From assembly GCF_004010195.1 (NCBI RefSeq), contig NC_057756.1, positions 8,034,676-8,098,675 on the forward strand: a DNA stretch of 64,000 bases, in the 5' to 3' direction. A program made the translations under genes and the position numbers. The notes under the pieces were generated by a model that had not been told where the DNA came from, made no database searches, and was given only the letters and a program-made list of their open reading frames with translations. Every line of letters begins with the position of its first letter. Positions within the stretch are counted from its first letter, which is position 1. The DNA is from Chiloscyllium plagiosum (Eukaryota). This document shows positions 37,791 through 50,140 of this stretch, piece by piece.

Positions 37791-38113
37791 AGATTAGATT
37801 TCCTACAGAATGGAAACAGGCCATTCGTCCCAACAAGTCCACACCGACCCTCCAAAGAGCAATCCACCCAGACCCATTCCCCTACATTCACCTCTGACTA
37901 ATGTATCTAACACTATGGGCAATTTAGTATGGCCAATTCACCTAACCTGCACATCATTGGATTGTGGGAGGAGACCGGAACACCTGGGGGAAACCCACAC
38001 AGACACAGGGAGAATGTGCAAACTCCACACAGACAGTCGTCCAAGGTGGGAATTGAACCCATGTCCCTGGCGCTGTGAGGCATCAGTGCTAAGCACTGAG
38101 CCAATGTGCCATG
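37791..38113 (-). mobile_element. HE1-like SINE
   Basis: Head, V-domain and tail are present. Confidence 0.85.
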
Positions 38114-40229
38114 GTGCACTGTCATCATCCTACAGTAGGGCCAACAGTTTTATTGCTTTCTTTTCTTGAACAAATGTGAAGCAACAATAAATTCCATTAG
38201 TTTCAAGAGGACTTAGTATCTCACCAACATTTCTATCTACAAAATGTATGAACAGGGGAGTTCAGTGGGCAGCTGGTTATCGGGAACAGGAGGCTGTATC
38301 CAGGACAATAGATAGACAGGACAGCCAGCATTAAGATGTTTGTGTTCTGACAATATGCCCCATACATTATTGCTCTACATAAATCTCGGGTTCCATTATT
38401 TACATCCAAAAATGAAAATAACAAATAGCATGGAGATGTCTGACTGAAATCACACATGAATAGTTATTGGCTGCCATTGTGTCAAGGTATGCCCTTCTCT
38501 CAACTCTGTCGTCCAATAGCTTGTCAAACCTCTATGCATGTTAATATACTACCTCCAGCGGGTGGGCTCTTACCTTGTTAAGTAGCCTCATGTCTGATAT
38601 TTTATAAAAAACATTCTTAAACTGTAAACAAAGCATATCCACTGTGTCATCTTTAACTGACCTGCTTGATGCATCACAGGAGCATTTATTTTAGCAAGTA
38701 TTGTTACGACAACAACTACAGGAGTGAGAAAATTCCTCTGGTCACAAAACACACAGAGTTCTCATTTTATTTATGAAGTGGAGGTGCCGGTGCTGGACTG
38801 GATTGGATGGAGCTAAAAACCACACAATACCAAGTTATAGTCCAACACGATTATTTAACTTTATTTAGCTTTTGGAGCTGCCTGACGAGGGAGTAGTGCT
38901 CTGAAAACTTCTCCTTCCAGATAAACCTATTGGACTAAAACCTGATGTTGCATGACTTTTAACTTCATTTTTATTGTAAGTGGGTTTTTTTCCAGTTGCA
39001 GTGACTTCAATATTTTTCAATAAAGCCTTGAAGCACATGCCACACAGATCTCATTGAGTTTATCAGAACTACATCAGTGAGTTTCATGACACTTAATGAC
39101 ACTTGTCCCAAGGAAAGGTCAAAATTTATTTAAGGCGCTAAAAAGCATATTCTCAAATTCCATGATGCATGCAGACACATACACACCCAAACAGTCTGAT
39201 GGGGAACAAGTCATAGAGTCCAACAGCATGGAGACAGGCCCTTTGGTCTGAACTGATCCACATTGACCAAAATGTCCATCCATGCTAACCCTATTTTCTT
39301 GCACTTGCTCCATATCCTTCTCATCCTTTCCTATCTATACACAGTTAAATTGAAGGATAGGAAATTTGATGAGAGGTTAAGGAAAGTCAGTCCTGTTTGT
39401 CCAGACATTGGTAACAGGGTCTCCTGATGCCCTAAACTGGTTAAAGGACATCACTCAATTCTAACTTATCAGGAAGAACTCCAAATGTGCACAGTAGGGT
39501 CAGCGGTCTGAAATGAATTGAAATAAAATTAGATTCAGACACAGTGACTATGGACTTTTCAGGTAACAGAAACTGTTCATCTTTATATTTGAAAGCAAGT
39601 CCTAATTTTAAACACCACCCACCAACCCCAACCCCTCCCCCTGCCAGACTCCTTCAAGTTGGTGTCCAGACAGAAAGCAGGGAATAGGAAGAAATGAATC
39701 ATTCTCTGGATGGCGTACTGCTCCTAATGGGGATTGGGAAGGGTTAGGGTTAGGGCCACAACCCTTCGCAATCTACATCAAAGAATTGAATGAAGTGACC
39801 AATTGCAACGCCTCCAAAATATCTGATGGCACTAAGTTAGACCAGAAGAAACAGGAACAGGAGTAGACCATTCAGCCCCTTGAGCCAGCTCACCTATTCA
39901 GTAAGACCATGCTTGACCCAACATCTCTCACGTCCACATTCCTGTCCTTTCCCTGTGACCTTTGATACTCCGACTGATCAAGAATCTACCTGTCTCACTC
40001 TTAAATATACACAAGGATACTGAGCCCACAGCTCTTTGTGGCAAGGAGTTCCAACCACTCTCAACGCTCTGAGAAAAGAAATTCTTCCTCATCTCAGTCT
40101 GTAATTGGCTCCCCTTTATTCTGAGCCTATGCCCGCTACTCCTCAGCTCTCCCATGAAGGGGAGCATCCTCCTAACATTTCACCTGTTCAACCCTTCAAG
40201 AATTCTGTATAGTTAAATATATTTCATGT

Positions 40230-41401
40230 TATTCTTACCCTACAATCAAAAATACAAACAAAAGGAAAAAGAATTAGTACAATTTTAACTCTGTTAGTAA
40301 ACGCAACATAATAATAGATTAACAGCTAAACAGTAACTGTTCCAATACAGTAACATCCCATAAACACACCTTCTGCAAGTTCACCACCTGCTTCATTTTC
40401 AACTGAATTTTATCCATTTCCATACATTCCAATGGCATCCTTGGCAATTGGGAATGCTGTGTGCTTGCCACAATTGCCTCCCCTTTCCTCACAGACAGAG
40501 GAAACCCCATCTCCAACTTGTTTGCCAACTCTGAATATTTTGCCTTGTTTACTTTCTGTAAAACTCCCAAAGTGACTTCTTCTACACCCAAAAACCGCTT
40601 AGTGTCTGAAAAAGCTATTATTACACAAGACACATCCTGTTCAACCAATTGTCAGACTGAAACAAAATGAATGCCAACACTTACCACCCACCACCTTTGA
40701 GTCCAGCAATCCTAAGCACAACATAGAGCTCGACGTTTGATTTCAAAAACAGCTTTAATTTGTTATGAACCACACTTAGACCCCTCAAAATATATTAAGA
40801 AGATAGCATAGACTCTGACATTTTCTTATTTTGAAGGCACGTGCCAGGCATTACATTCTTGATGCAATTTGATCAAACTATCAGATTTGAAGCAACACAC
40901 ACCTTCTTCATACATTATTGTTCAAATACAACAAAAGACAGAAGAAATTCAAATAACTTAACTCTACTGGAAGACCTAAGAGAAGACTCGATTATTGAAC
41001 TATGAAACAGTAACTGTTCTGATTTCAGTAATATCTTATGAAGACACCCTTCACAAAGGCAAATTCAGTAATACAGTTCATTTCACATACCATTCTAGCA
41101 GCAGAATATATTCCCCAGCTTTCAGCTATAACCGAGAGGGGGACTATAGCTTTCACATCCAGCTGTAAAACCCCAACAACTGCTACTGAAAAATTAAAAC
41201 TAAACATCCTGGTTCTGTGGGAGATGGCCCCACCCATTCAGGGTGCTGCTATTGTTTCAGCTTTAGGGAAAACTCCAAGGCCTCACAAGCTGTTTACTCT
41301 AGTGGTCCTGAGTAGACTGCTCAACACCTCTCTCTCAACCTTTCTTCATTAAGAAAGAATTGACAAAATTGACAAAAATGTAAGGCCATAGCATTGTCAC
41401 A
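40230..41401 (-). mobile_element. Gmr1-like LTR (40761-41401) plus gag N-terminal fragment
   Basis: FLGVEEVTLGVLQKV..LANKLE, as at 55965. The LTR is similar to 3843-4474. Confidence 0.75.
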
Positions 41402-41671
41402 GACATCACTGCCTTCTGCTCAAATGCACAGTTAGTGTGCAGTCTAATGTGTGTCTGTGACCTGTCAGAATGTCTATGGGCATCCGAGGAATATCAAGGC
41501 AAGAGGACTAGCATGCTGTCTGGGAACTGGGATATCTGAGCCTCTGTCCCCTTCACTGGTAGATCAGACAAATTGTGTTTGCCAGCATGATAGGTCAGAG
41601 GGACTGTGACTTGTGTTACCAATGGGGAGGTGTGTGCAGCAGTGGTATAATTCCTGACAGCAGAGATCTTA

Positions 41672-43270
41672 AAATACATAAAAGTGGTCTAATCCCCAGG
41701 ACCTGACCAGGTGACAACAAGAACTCTGTGGGAAGCGAGTGAAGTGATTGCTGGGCCCCTTACTGAGGTATTTGTATCATCGGTCATCACAGATGAGGTA
41801 CTGGAAAAGCACATCAGGTGAGGTGGCATCCGAGGAGCAGGAGAATCGACCTTTTGGGTATATGCCCTTCATCAGGATTGAGGCTTCACTCTGATCTCCA
41901 GCACCTGCAATCCTCACTTTCTCCCAATATAGACGGGTGAGACTGACATCAGTAGTAGGCAAGTTGTTGGAGGGGACACTGAGGGACAGGAATTACATCT
42001 ATTTGGAAAGGCAAGGACTGATTAAGAATAATCAGCACGGCTGGACTGAGTTTTTTGAAGGAGCAACGAAGAGCATTGGTGATGGCAGAATGGTGGACGT
42101 TGTCAATATAGGCTTCTGTAATGCGTTTGACAAGGTTCTGCGTGAGACGAGCCAGCAAAGTTGGATCATGTGGAATACAGGGAGAACTAGCCATTTGGAT
42201 AAGGAACTGGCTCAAAGGTAGGAGACAGAGGGTGGTGGTGGAGGCTTGCTTTTCAGACTGGAGGCCTATGGCCAGTGGTGTGCCACAAGGATGGGTGCTG
42301 GGTCCACAGCTTTTCATCATTTATATAAATGATTTGGACATGAACATCACAGGGATGTTTAGTAAGTTTGCAGATGACACCAAAATTGGTATTGTCGTGG
42401 AAAGCAAAGAAGGTTATCTCAGAGCTTAAGAGGACTTTGATCCGATGGGTCAATGGGCTGAGGAGTGGTGGATAGAGTTGAACTTAGAAAACTGTGAGGT
42501 GCTGTATTTTGGGAAGGCAACTCAGAGCAGGACTTATAACTTAATGGTAAGGTCCGGGGGAGTTGCTAAGCAAAGAGACCTTAGAGTGAAGGTACATAGT
42601 TCCTTGAAAATGGAGTCGCAGGTAGATAGGATGGTGTAGAATGCATTTGGTATCTTGCCTTTATTGGTCAGTGATTAATTTTCGGAATTGGGAGGTCATG
42701 TTGCAGTTGGTTAGGCCACTTTTGGAATACTGCATTCAGTTCCAGTCTCACTGCTCTAAAAAGAATGTTATGAAACTTGAAAAGGTTCAGAAAAGATTTA
42801 CAAAGATGGTGCCAGGGTTGGAGGGTTTGAGTTATAGGGAAAGGCTGAATAGGCTGGGGCTGTTTTCCCCTGAGCGTCAGAGGCTGAGGGGTGACCTTAT
42901 AGAGTCTTATAACATCATGAGGGACATGGATAGGCTAAATAGACAAAGTCTTTTTCCCAGGGCTGAGGGAGTCCAGAACTAGAAGGCATTGATTTAGGGT
43001 GAGAGGGGAACGATTTAAAAGGGACCTAAGGGACAATGTTTTCACACAGAAGGTGCTGCGTGCATGGAATGAGCTGCCAAAGGAAGTGGAGGAGGCTGGT
43101 CCAATTACAACATTTAAAAGGTATCTGGATAGATATATGAATAGAAAGCGTATAGAGGGATATGACCTTAATGCTGGTATATGGGACTACATTATTTTTG
43201 GATATCTGGTCAGCATGAGTGAGTTGGACCAAAGGGTGTATTTCTGTACTGTACTGCTCTATGACTCTAT
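41672..43270 (+). mobile_element. CR1 LINE ORF2 (RT) through the 3' tail, frameshifted, with a small Penelope terminus at about 41795-41925
   Basis: GVPQGWVLGPQLFIIYINDLD, SKFADDTKIG, RPLLEYCIQF, LEKVQKRFTKM, and a CTCTATGACTCTA tail. Confidence 0.9.
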
Positions 43271-43304
43271 TTTACGACTTTATTTCATCATTTTTCACTC
43301 GCTC

Positions 43305-43915
43305 ATGAATGCGGGTGTCAGTGGCTGAGACAACAATTATTGCTTGTCCCTAATTGCCCCTTTGAGAAGGTAATGGTAACTTGCCTTCTTGGACCGTTAC
43401 AGACCACGTGTTGTAGGTGAAGCTACAATAGCTTTAGAGAGGGAGAACCAGGTTTTTGACCCAGCAACAATGAAGGAACATTGCAATATTTCCACATCAG
43501 GATAGTGAGTGGTTTGGGAAGAAGTTTGCAGGGGTGACGTTTCCACATATCTGCTGCCCATGTTTGTGGGTTTCTCAGGTGCTGTCTGAGGGGCTTTGGT
43601 GAATTTCAGCAGTACATCTTGTAGATAGTGAACACTGCTGCTGCTGAATGTTGGTGGTGTAGGGAGTGGATGTTTGTGTATGGGGTGCCGATCAAGCGTA
43701 CTGCTTTGTCCTGGATGATGGCCAGCTTCTTGAGTGTTGTCGCAGCTGTGGGGAGTATGCCCAGGCAATTGGGGAAAATTCTATCATACTAATGATTTGT
43801 GCCTGGTAGATGGTGGGCAGGCTTTTAAGAGTCAGAAATTGAATTGTCGCTATAGTTTTCTGAGGTTCTGACCTGCTGTTGTAGCCATTATATTTTAACA
43901 GTGAATCCAATCCCA
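43305..43915 (-). mobile_element. LINE 3' end of a further family (related pieces at 6700-6990, 8330-8650 and 51300-51440)
   Basis: FLT.KSLPTIYQAQI.SM.EFSPIAW resembles a LINE ORF2 C-terminus, and the tail is shared among the copies. Confidence 0.6.
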
Positions 43916-43989
43916 GCTGCTCCAGAGGTGTGCCATTACACATCTGCACAGGTTGGTTTAAAAGAGAATGTAGTAATGACCTGTGCTAT

Positions 43990-44470
43990 CGAAATGATTC
44001 ATTGCACTGTGCAGAGCAAAGTATCCTTTCAGCTCCTTCGAACCTATTACAGACCCAGCAAGACAGGCTGATGTGGCATTGACAAACTTGACTGTATACC
44101 TTAAACTGAATTAATCTCAGGAAAGGAGTTAAAGAGGTGGGTGATGGTGTGATCAATTGGGTCAGCAGCTCTTCATGCAATTTGCTCAAAGGATTGGAAC
44201 TACAATTAACTGGGGAGGGCTGCTGTGGCACAATGGGACTGTCCCAGTGGCTCTGAGGTGGGAGGGTCCAACTGCTCCAGAGGCAGATCATACCAACTCT
44301 GAACAGGTTCATCACATTGCAATGGGATTTCATAAAACAGAGATGGACAGAGTATATTTAAGCTGTATCCATTTATCATCAAATGGTATTTGAATGTGTG
44401 AATGTACATTAGAAATGCAACTGTAATCTCCTTACTTGGTTGTATCATTTACCAACCTTAGTATCAAACA
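43990..44470 (+). promoter_or_regulatory. Diverged promoter and exon-1 homolog upstream of pseudogene C (inverted copy at about 50370-51220 upstream of D)
   Basis: Shares the blocks TTTCAGCTCCT, GAATTAATCTC, GCAATTTGCTnAAAGGAnTGGA, TTTCATAAA, a TATA-like TATATTTAAG and GTTGTATCATT, in the same order as 30335-30710. Confidence 0.55.
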
Positions 44471-44820
44471 ATGCGCGACCTGCCTGGCCTGCAGTTTTTC
44501 CTGGTTGGTTGGTTTTGTTTTGGCTGCACTGATTAATGCAGGGCTGCAGCTTTACACAGATGATCAAGCTTCAGGAAATGCTCAAAGCTGTCAAAGTTCA
44601 TTGCTGTTGTTAGTGATTGTGGATCAACTCCCTTCCCACTCCTTGGAACAGAGCATACTCCAGAGAGCTGTGAAAAGGAGCAACTGGTAAAGGAAATACA
44701 ATCCTGTTTTAATCCATCACTCCTTTCTTCAACTAAGCTAGTCTTGTATCTGTGATATTGACAAGGTATTGTTATGTGTCTGGACACAAATACATTCTAT
44801 TTTCATGTTTATTGTTAAAG

Positions 44821-45238
44821 GTAATTCATTGTCAATTATCATTCTTCCCTGAGGAAGATGTGGGCTCAATAAACGTACCACCAGCTATCTCATTGCAATG
44901 GCAGCAGCAGATCTAGTGGTCATCTTCTTCAGTGTGATAATGTCATTCATCTTCACTGTTGTGTACACCTACATGCCCCACATTGTCCCTTGTACTCTTC
45001 AGGAAGCGATGCTGAATGTGACCCAAGACTGTTCTGCACGGTTAAGAGTCGCTTTCACTTTTGATCGCTTTGTTTCTGTTTGTTCCCAGCAGTTCAAACT
45101 TAAATATTCCACTGTTAAAAATGCAAGGATGGTGATAGGTAGAAGTTAACATTGAGTTTAGCAACTAACATCACATATCACTTCTCCTTTGAATCCTATG
45201 AATCATACATACCTGTTGGTTGTGTACAAAGTCCAGAA
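44821..45238 (+). pseudogene. Receptor C: GPR139-like pseudogene (exon 2 remnant)
   Basis: Acceptor TTGTTAAAG, premature TGA at 44850-44852 (CGA in paralogs), frame disruption near 45140. Homology stops in ECL2 at about 45238, and 45330-45680 resembles the 3' flank of receptor B. Confidence 0.9.
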
Positions 45239-45685
45239 TTCCATAGATTCACCACTCTCTGGCTGAAGAAGCTTTTCCTTATCTCCGTTCTAAAAGTCTT
45301 CACTTTACTCTCAGGCTCATAGAGTTTGCATTGTGCTTTTTATTCATTTAGCTGTGTTCTCTCATTGCCTGTATGTCACTTAAATAAGGCAAAACCATTG
45401 ATGATTCACAGCTATTTGTACATACATTATTTTCTTTTTATTTATTCTGTCCCTCTGGTCAAAAAATTACCCATTAATATTATTTTTTTTGAAAGTGCTA
45501 TCATTTCTTTTGTTTTTGGATAGTTATTATCATACAGTACAAACTGTTCTTCCACAGTTATGCTCCACCATTACTTCAGATCCATATTATCTCACCTTCC
45601 TGCCATTTATCCTTCTCATTGTTAATGTAAAGTATTTATGTTTCCATGTGGTAAGCTTCTCTTCCCTTTTTTACGTTCTAATAAG

Positions 45686-46950
45686 GTGATGAGTGAGGGA
45701 GAGGAATGTTCCTCCTGCATGATGTTTGAGGTGAGGGATGCCGTTATTGTCCCATCCAAGTGCATCTGCAGGAAGTGCACCCAAGTCTCGCTCCTTCAAG
45801 ACTGTGTTAGGGAACTGGAGCAGGACCTGGATGAACTTTGGAACATTCAGGAGGCAGAGGCTGTGATAGATAAGAGTTACAGGGAAGCAGTTACTCCTCG
45901 GCACGAAGAAAGCTGGGTGACTGTTCGAAGGGGGAATAGCAATCAGTGCAGGGATTCCCTGTGGTTGTTCCCCTGGAAGACAAGTATACCATGATGGATA
46001 CTGTTGGGGGGGGGGGGGAACTTACAGGTGCATGCAATGGCATGCTGGTCTCTGGCACAGAGTCTGTTCCTGTTGCACAGAATGGAAGGAAGGAAAGAAG
46101 GAGGTGTTAGTCACTGGAGACTCAATAGTTAGAGGGTCAGATCGAAGGTTTGTTAGGAACAAATAACACTCACGGTTGGTGTGTTGCCGCCCAGGTGCCA
46201 GGGTCGGTGATGTTTTTTAGATTAGATTACTTTAGATTACTTTACAGTGTGGAAACAGGCCCTTCGACCCAATGAGTCCACACCGACCCGCCGATGCGCA
46301 AACCACACATACCCCTACATTTACCCCTTACCTAACACTACAGACAATGTAGCATGGCCAATTCACCTAACCTGCACATCTTTGGACTGTGGGAGGAAAC
46401 CGGAACACCCGGAGGAAACCCACGCAGACAAGTGGAGAATGTGCAAACTCCACACAGTCAGTCGCCCGGGTCTCTGGCGCTGTGAGGCAGCAGTGCTAAC
46501 CACCGTGCCACCGTGCCACTCCCCATGTCTCGGATCATGTCTCTGGGGTCGTGAAGGGAGAGGGTGACCAGCCCCAAGTCGTGATTCATGTGGGTAACAA
46601 CATAGGTAGAAAGAGGGAAAGGAATGTAAGCCAGGATTTCAGGATCTGGGGTGGAAGCTGAGAGCTAAAACAAACAGAGTTGTTATCTCCGGTTTGTTAC
46701 CCATGCCACGTGATAGCGAGGCAAGGAATAGGGAGAGATATCAGCTGAACACATGGCTGCAGGGATGGTGCAGGAGGGAGGGTTTCAGGTACATGGATAA
46801 TTGGAGCTCATTCTGGGGAAGGTGGGACCTCTACAAACAGGATGGTCTTCACTTGAACCAGAGGTTACTAATACCCTGGGTGGGAAATTTGCTGGTGCTA
46901 TTTGGGTAGGTTTAAACTAGCTCAGTAGGGGGATGGAAACTGAGGTGTAG
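45686..46950 (+). mobile_element. CR1 LINE ORF1 (Cys-rich N-terminus plus SGNH esterase-like domain)
   Basis: CSSCMMFEV..CRKC, GDSIVRG, LNTWLQGWCRREGFRYMDNW..DGLHLN. Confidence 0.85.
46219..46518 (-). mobile_element. HE1-like SINE nested in a CR1 ORF1 fragment
   Basis: V-domain and tail are present, and CR1 ORF1 homology continues on both sides. Confidence 0.85.
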
Positions 46951-46955
46951 TTGAG

Positions 46956-48421
46956 AGGGTGGCCCCAATTTACCACGATATTGGAACTGGTGATATTGAA
47001 GGACATCATCATAATCAGTTCTAGGTAAAAACCACCATTCAACCACACCGCCCTGTGGCCCAACATTTCAACTCTCCCTCCCACTCAGCTGAGGACATGG
47101 AGGTCCTGGGCCTCCTTCACCGCCGCTCCCTCACCACCCGACGCCTGGAGGAAGGACGCCTCATCTTCTGGCTTGGAACACTTCAACCCCAGAGCATCAA
47201 TGTGGACTTCAACAGTTTCCTCATTTCCCCTTCCCCCACCTCACCCTAGTTCCAAACTTCCAGCTCAGCATTGTCCCCANNNNNNNNNNNNNNNNNNNNN
47301 NNNNNNNNNNNNNNNNNNNNNNNNNNNNNNNNNNNNNNNNNNNNNNNNNNNNNNNNNNNNNNNNNNNNNNNNNNNNNNNNNNNNNNNNNNNNNNNNNNNN
47401 NNNNNNNNNNNNNNNNNNNNNNNNNNNNNNNNNNNNNNNNNNNNNNNNNNNNNNNNNNNNNNNNNNNNNNNNNNNNNNNNNNNNNNNNNNNNNNNNNNNN
47501 NNNNNNNNNNNNNNNNNNNNNNNNNNNNNNNNNNNNNNNNNNNNNNNNNNNNNNNNNNNNNNNNNNNNNNNNNNNNNNNNNNNNNNNNNNNNNNNNNNNN
47601 NNNNNNNAGCTAATCTCTCCACGCTTCAGACTCTCTGCCTTTATTCCTGATGAAGAGCTTTTGCCCAAAATGTCGATTTTGCTGCTCCTCGGATACTGCC
47701 TGAACTGCTGTGCTCTTCCAGCACCACTAATCCAGAATCATAATCAGTTCTGTCAGCCACAAAAGGATGAAGATCCCCCACCGACAGCAAAGTAAAATCA
47801 TTGATTTCCTCCGACTCTCCATCTCTGGATTTCCATGTTTCTCAGCCTTGCCGTGACCACGGAGCTTCCTCCGGGCTCTACTCGATATTAAAACATGTCT
47901 GATGGTCAGCACATTAAGCACCAAAATCAGACAGAAAGCCAGCAGTGGGGTTGAAATATTGTGAAACCAGAAGAATGCCAGCCACCCAGGAAGAGTTTAA
48001 CCCTCGGGACTTTGTACACAACCAACAGGTATGTATGATTCATAGGATTCAAAGGAGAAGTAGTAGGGTATATTAGTTGCTAAACTCAACATACACACAG
48101 TATTTATCACCACCCTCACAGTTGTAGTGTTGGAATATTTGAGTTTGAATTGCTGGCAACAAATAGAAACAAAGTGATCAAAAGTGAAAGTGACTGTAAA
48201 CCAGATGGAACAGCCTAGGGCCACACATATCATCACCTCCCGGACAGTGCAAGGGACAGTGTGGGGCATCAAGGTGTACAATGCAGCAAAGATGAACAAC
48301 ATTACCACACTGAAGAAGACCACCAGGAGATCTGATGCTGCCATCGTTATGATATAGCTCATGATACATTTATTGAGCCCACATCTCCCTCGGGCAAGAA
48401 TGATAATTGTCAATAAATTAC
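46956..48421 (-). pseudogene. Receptor D: GPR139-like pseudogene (exon 2), interrupted and 3'-truncated
   Basis: The exon starts at 48421. DRF is changed to DHF, and there is an in-frame TAA at 47997-47999 (TAC in B). A Penelope-like insertion at 47023-47736 follows TM6. The frame resumes as MSFNITSSNIVVNWGHP to about 46956, and TM7 is absent. Confidence 0.9.
47023..47736 (+). mobile_element. Penelope-like 3' fragment inserted in receptor D with a 15-bp TSD
   Basis: VAQHFNSPSHS..RRLEEGRLIF.LGTLQPQSINVDFNSF. ATCATAATCAGTTCT occurs at 47008-47022 and 47737-47751. Confidence 0.88.
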
Positions 48422-48544
48422 CTTTAACAAAAAGACCTTAAATTGAATGTATTTCGCTCCAGACACATAGTAACAGCTTGTCAAAGTAACAAATTTAAGG
48501 CGAGCTTCATTTAAACCATGCAGTGATGGGTTAACACAAGATTG

Positions 48545-50140
48545 TGTAATAGAGGCGTAGAGTCTGATAGCATGGAAAAAGGCCCACCAATCCAAAATAC
48601 TCCATGCCAACCAATTGTCCATCCACACTTGGCCCATATCCTTCTAAACCTTTCCAATCCATGTTTTTGTCCAAATGCCTTTTAAATGTTGTCAATGTAT
48701 CTGCTACAACTACGTCTGCTGGCAGCTCGTTCCTTATTCGTACAATTTTCCATGTAAAACATTTACCCCTCAGGTTCCCTTTTATTCTTTCCCCTCCAAC
48801 CTTGAATCGATATCCTCCAGTCCTTAATTCCCCAAGCCTGGGAAAATGACTCAGTGCATTCACTCTCTCCATGCTTCTTATAATCTTATACACTTCTATA
48901 ATATTCCCCTCAATTTCCTCCACTCTAAAGAAAAATGCCCGAGCTTGTCCAAACACTTCCGATCACTCAGACTCTTCAGTGCTGGCAACATGCTTGAAAA
49001 TTTCTTCTGTATTCTTTCCAGTTTAATAACTTCCTCCCTTCAGCAAGGTGACCAAAACTAAACATCATTCTCTAAGTGCAGCCTCATCAATGTCCTGTAC
49101 AACTGCAACTAATCTTCCCTGACTGATGAAGGTCAGTGTGGCAAAAGGCTTCTTCACTGCCTTGTCTACCTGTGACTCCAATTTCAGTGAACCATGCACC
49201 TGAACTCCAAGGTCCCTCTGTTACACTATACTCCTTAAGGCCTGAATATTCACTATGACACTCATCCTTGCTTTGACTTTCCAAAATGCAACACCTCACA
49301 CTAATCTACATTAAACTCCATTTGCCATTTTTCGGTCCACTTCCTCAGCTGAATCACTCGAAACATCAGGTCATAGACAGAGAACACAGGGGGCTAACAC
49401 CTTCAACATATTGTCCAGCTATCACCATTGTTAACAGCCAACCAGAGAATGTAACTTCAAAAAAAGGGTTTTGTGAGTTACACATGAAAGAAGTGAAACT
49501 ATCACTGTATTCTAACAGATGAAAGGCTTAACAGACAATCAATTTTTCAATGTATAATTTCAGTTACATCACACTGCAAATTTTTGCTATAAATTCTGTG
49601 TTACGATCAAGCCCTCCACAATCACCTGATGAAGGAACGTCGCTCCGAAAGCTNNNNNNNNNNNNNNNNNNNNNNNNNNNNNNNNNNNNNNNNNNNNNNN
49701 NNNNNNNNNNNNNNNNNNNNNNNNNNNNNNNNNNNNNNNNNNNNNNNNNNNNNNNNNNNNNNNNNNNNNNNNNNNNNNTTGGCCTCTCCGCCTCCATCCT
49801 ACTCCGACCTATCACCCTCACCTTGACCTCTTTCCACCTATCACATTTCCAACGCCCCTCCTCCAAGTCCCTCCTCCCTACCTTTTATCTTCTCCTGCTG
49901 AACACTCTCTGCTCATTCCTGAGGAAGGGCCTGTGCCCGAAACGTCGAATCTCCTGTTCCCTGGATGCTGCCTGACCTGCTGTGCTGTTCCAGCAATAAA
50001 GTTTCAACTTTGATTTTTAACTCAGCTGATCAAGATCTTGTTGCAATTTCTACTAACCTTCCTCACTGTCCATGATACCACCTATTTTAGTGTCATCTGC
50101 AAACTTATTAACCATGCCTTGTACATTCTCATCCAAAAGT
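48545..50140 (-). mobile_element. CR1 LINE 3' half in the intron of receptor D, with nested Penelope fragments (49360-50010)
   Basis: GNIIEVYKIIR..RIRNELP..FKRHLDK and ISLQMTLK (frameshifted KFADDTK region). Confidence 0.75.
49915..49950 (+). ncRNA. Minimal type I hammerhead ribozyme motif (ACGT family)
   Basis: ATTC-CTGAGGA-A-GGGC(CTGT)GCCC-GAAA-CG-TC-GAAT has perfect stems I and II. Confidence 0.65.
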
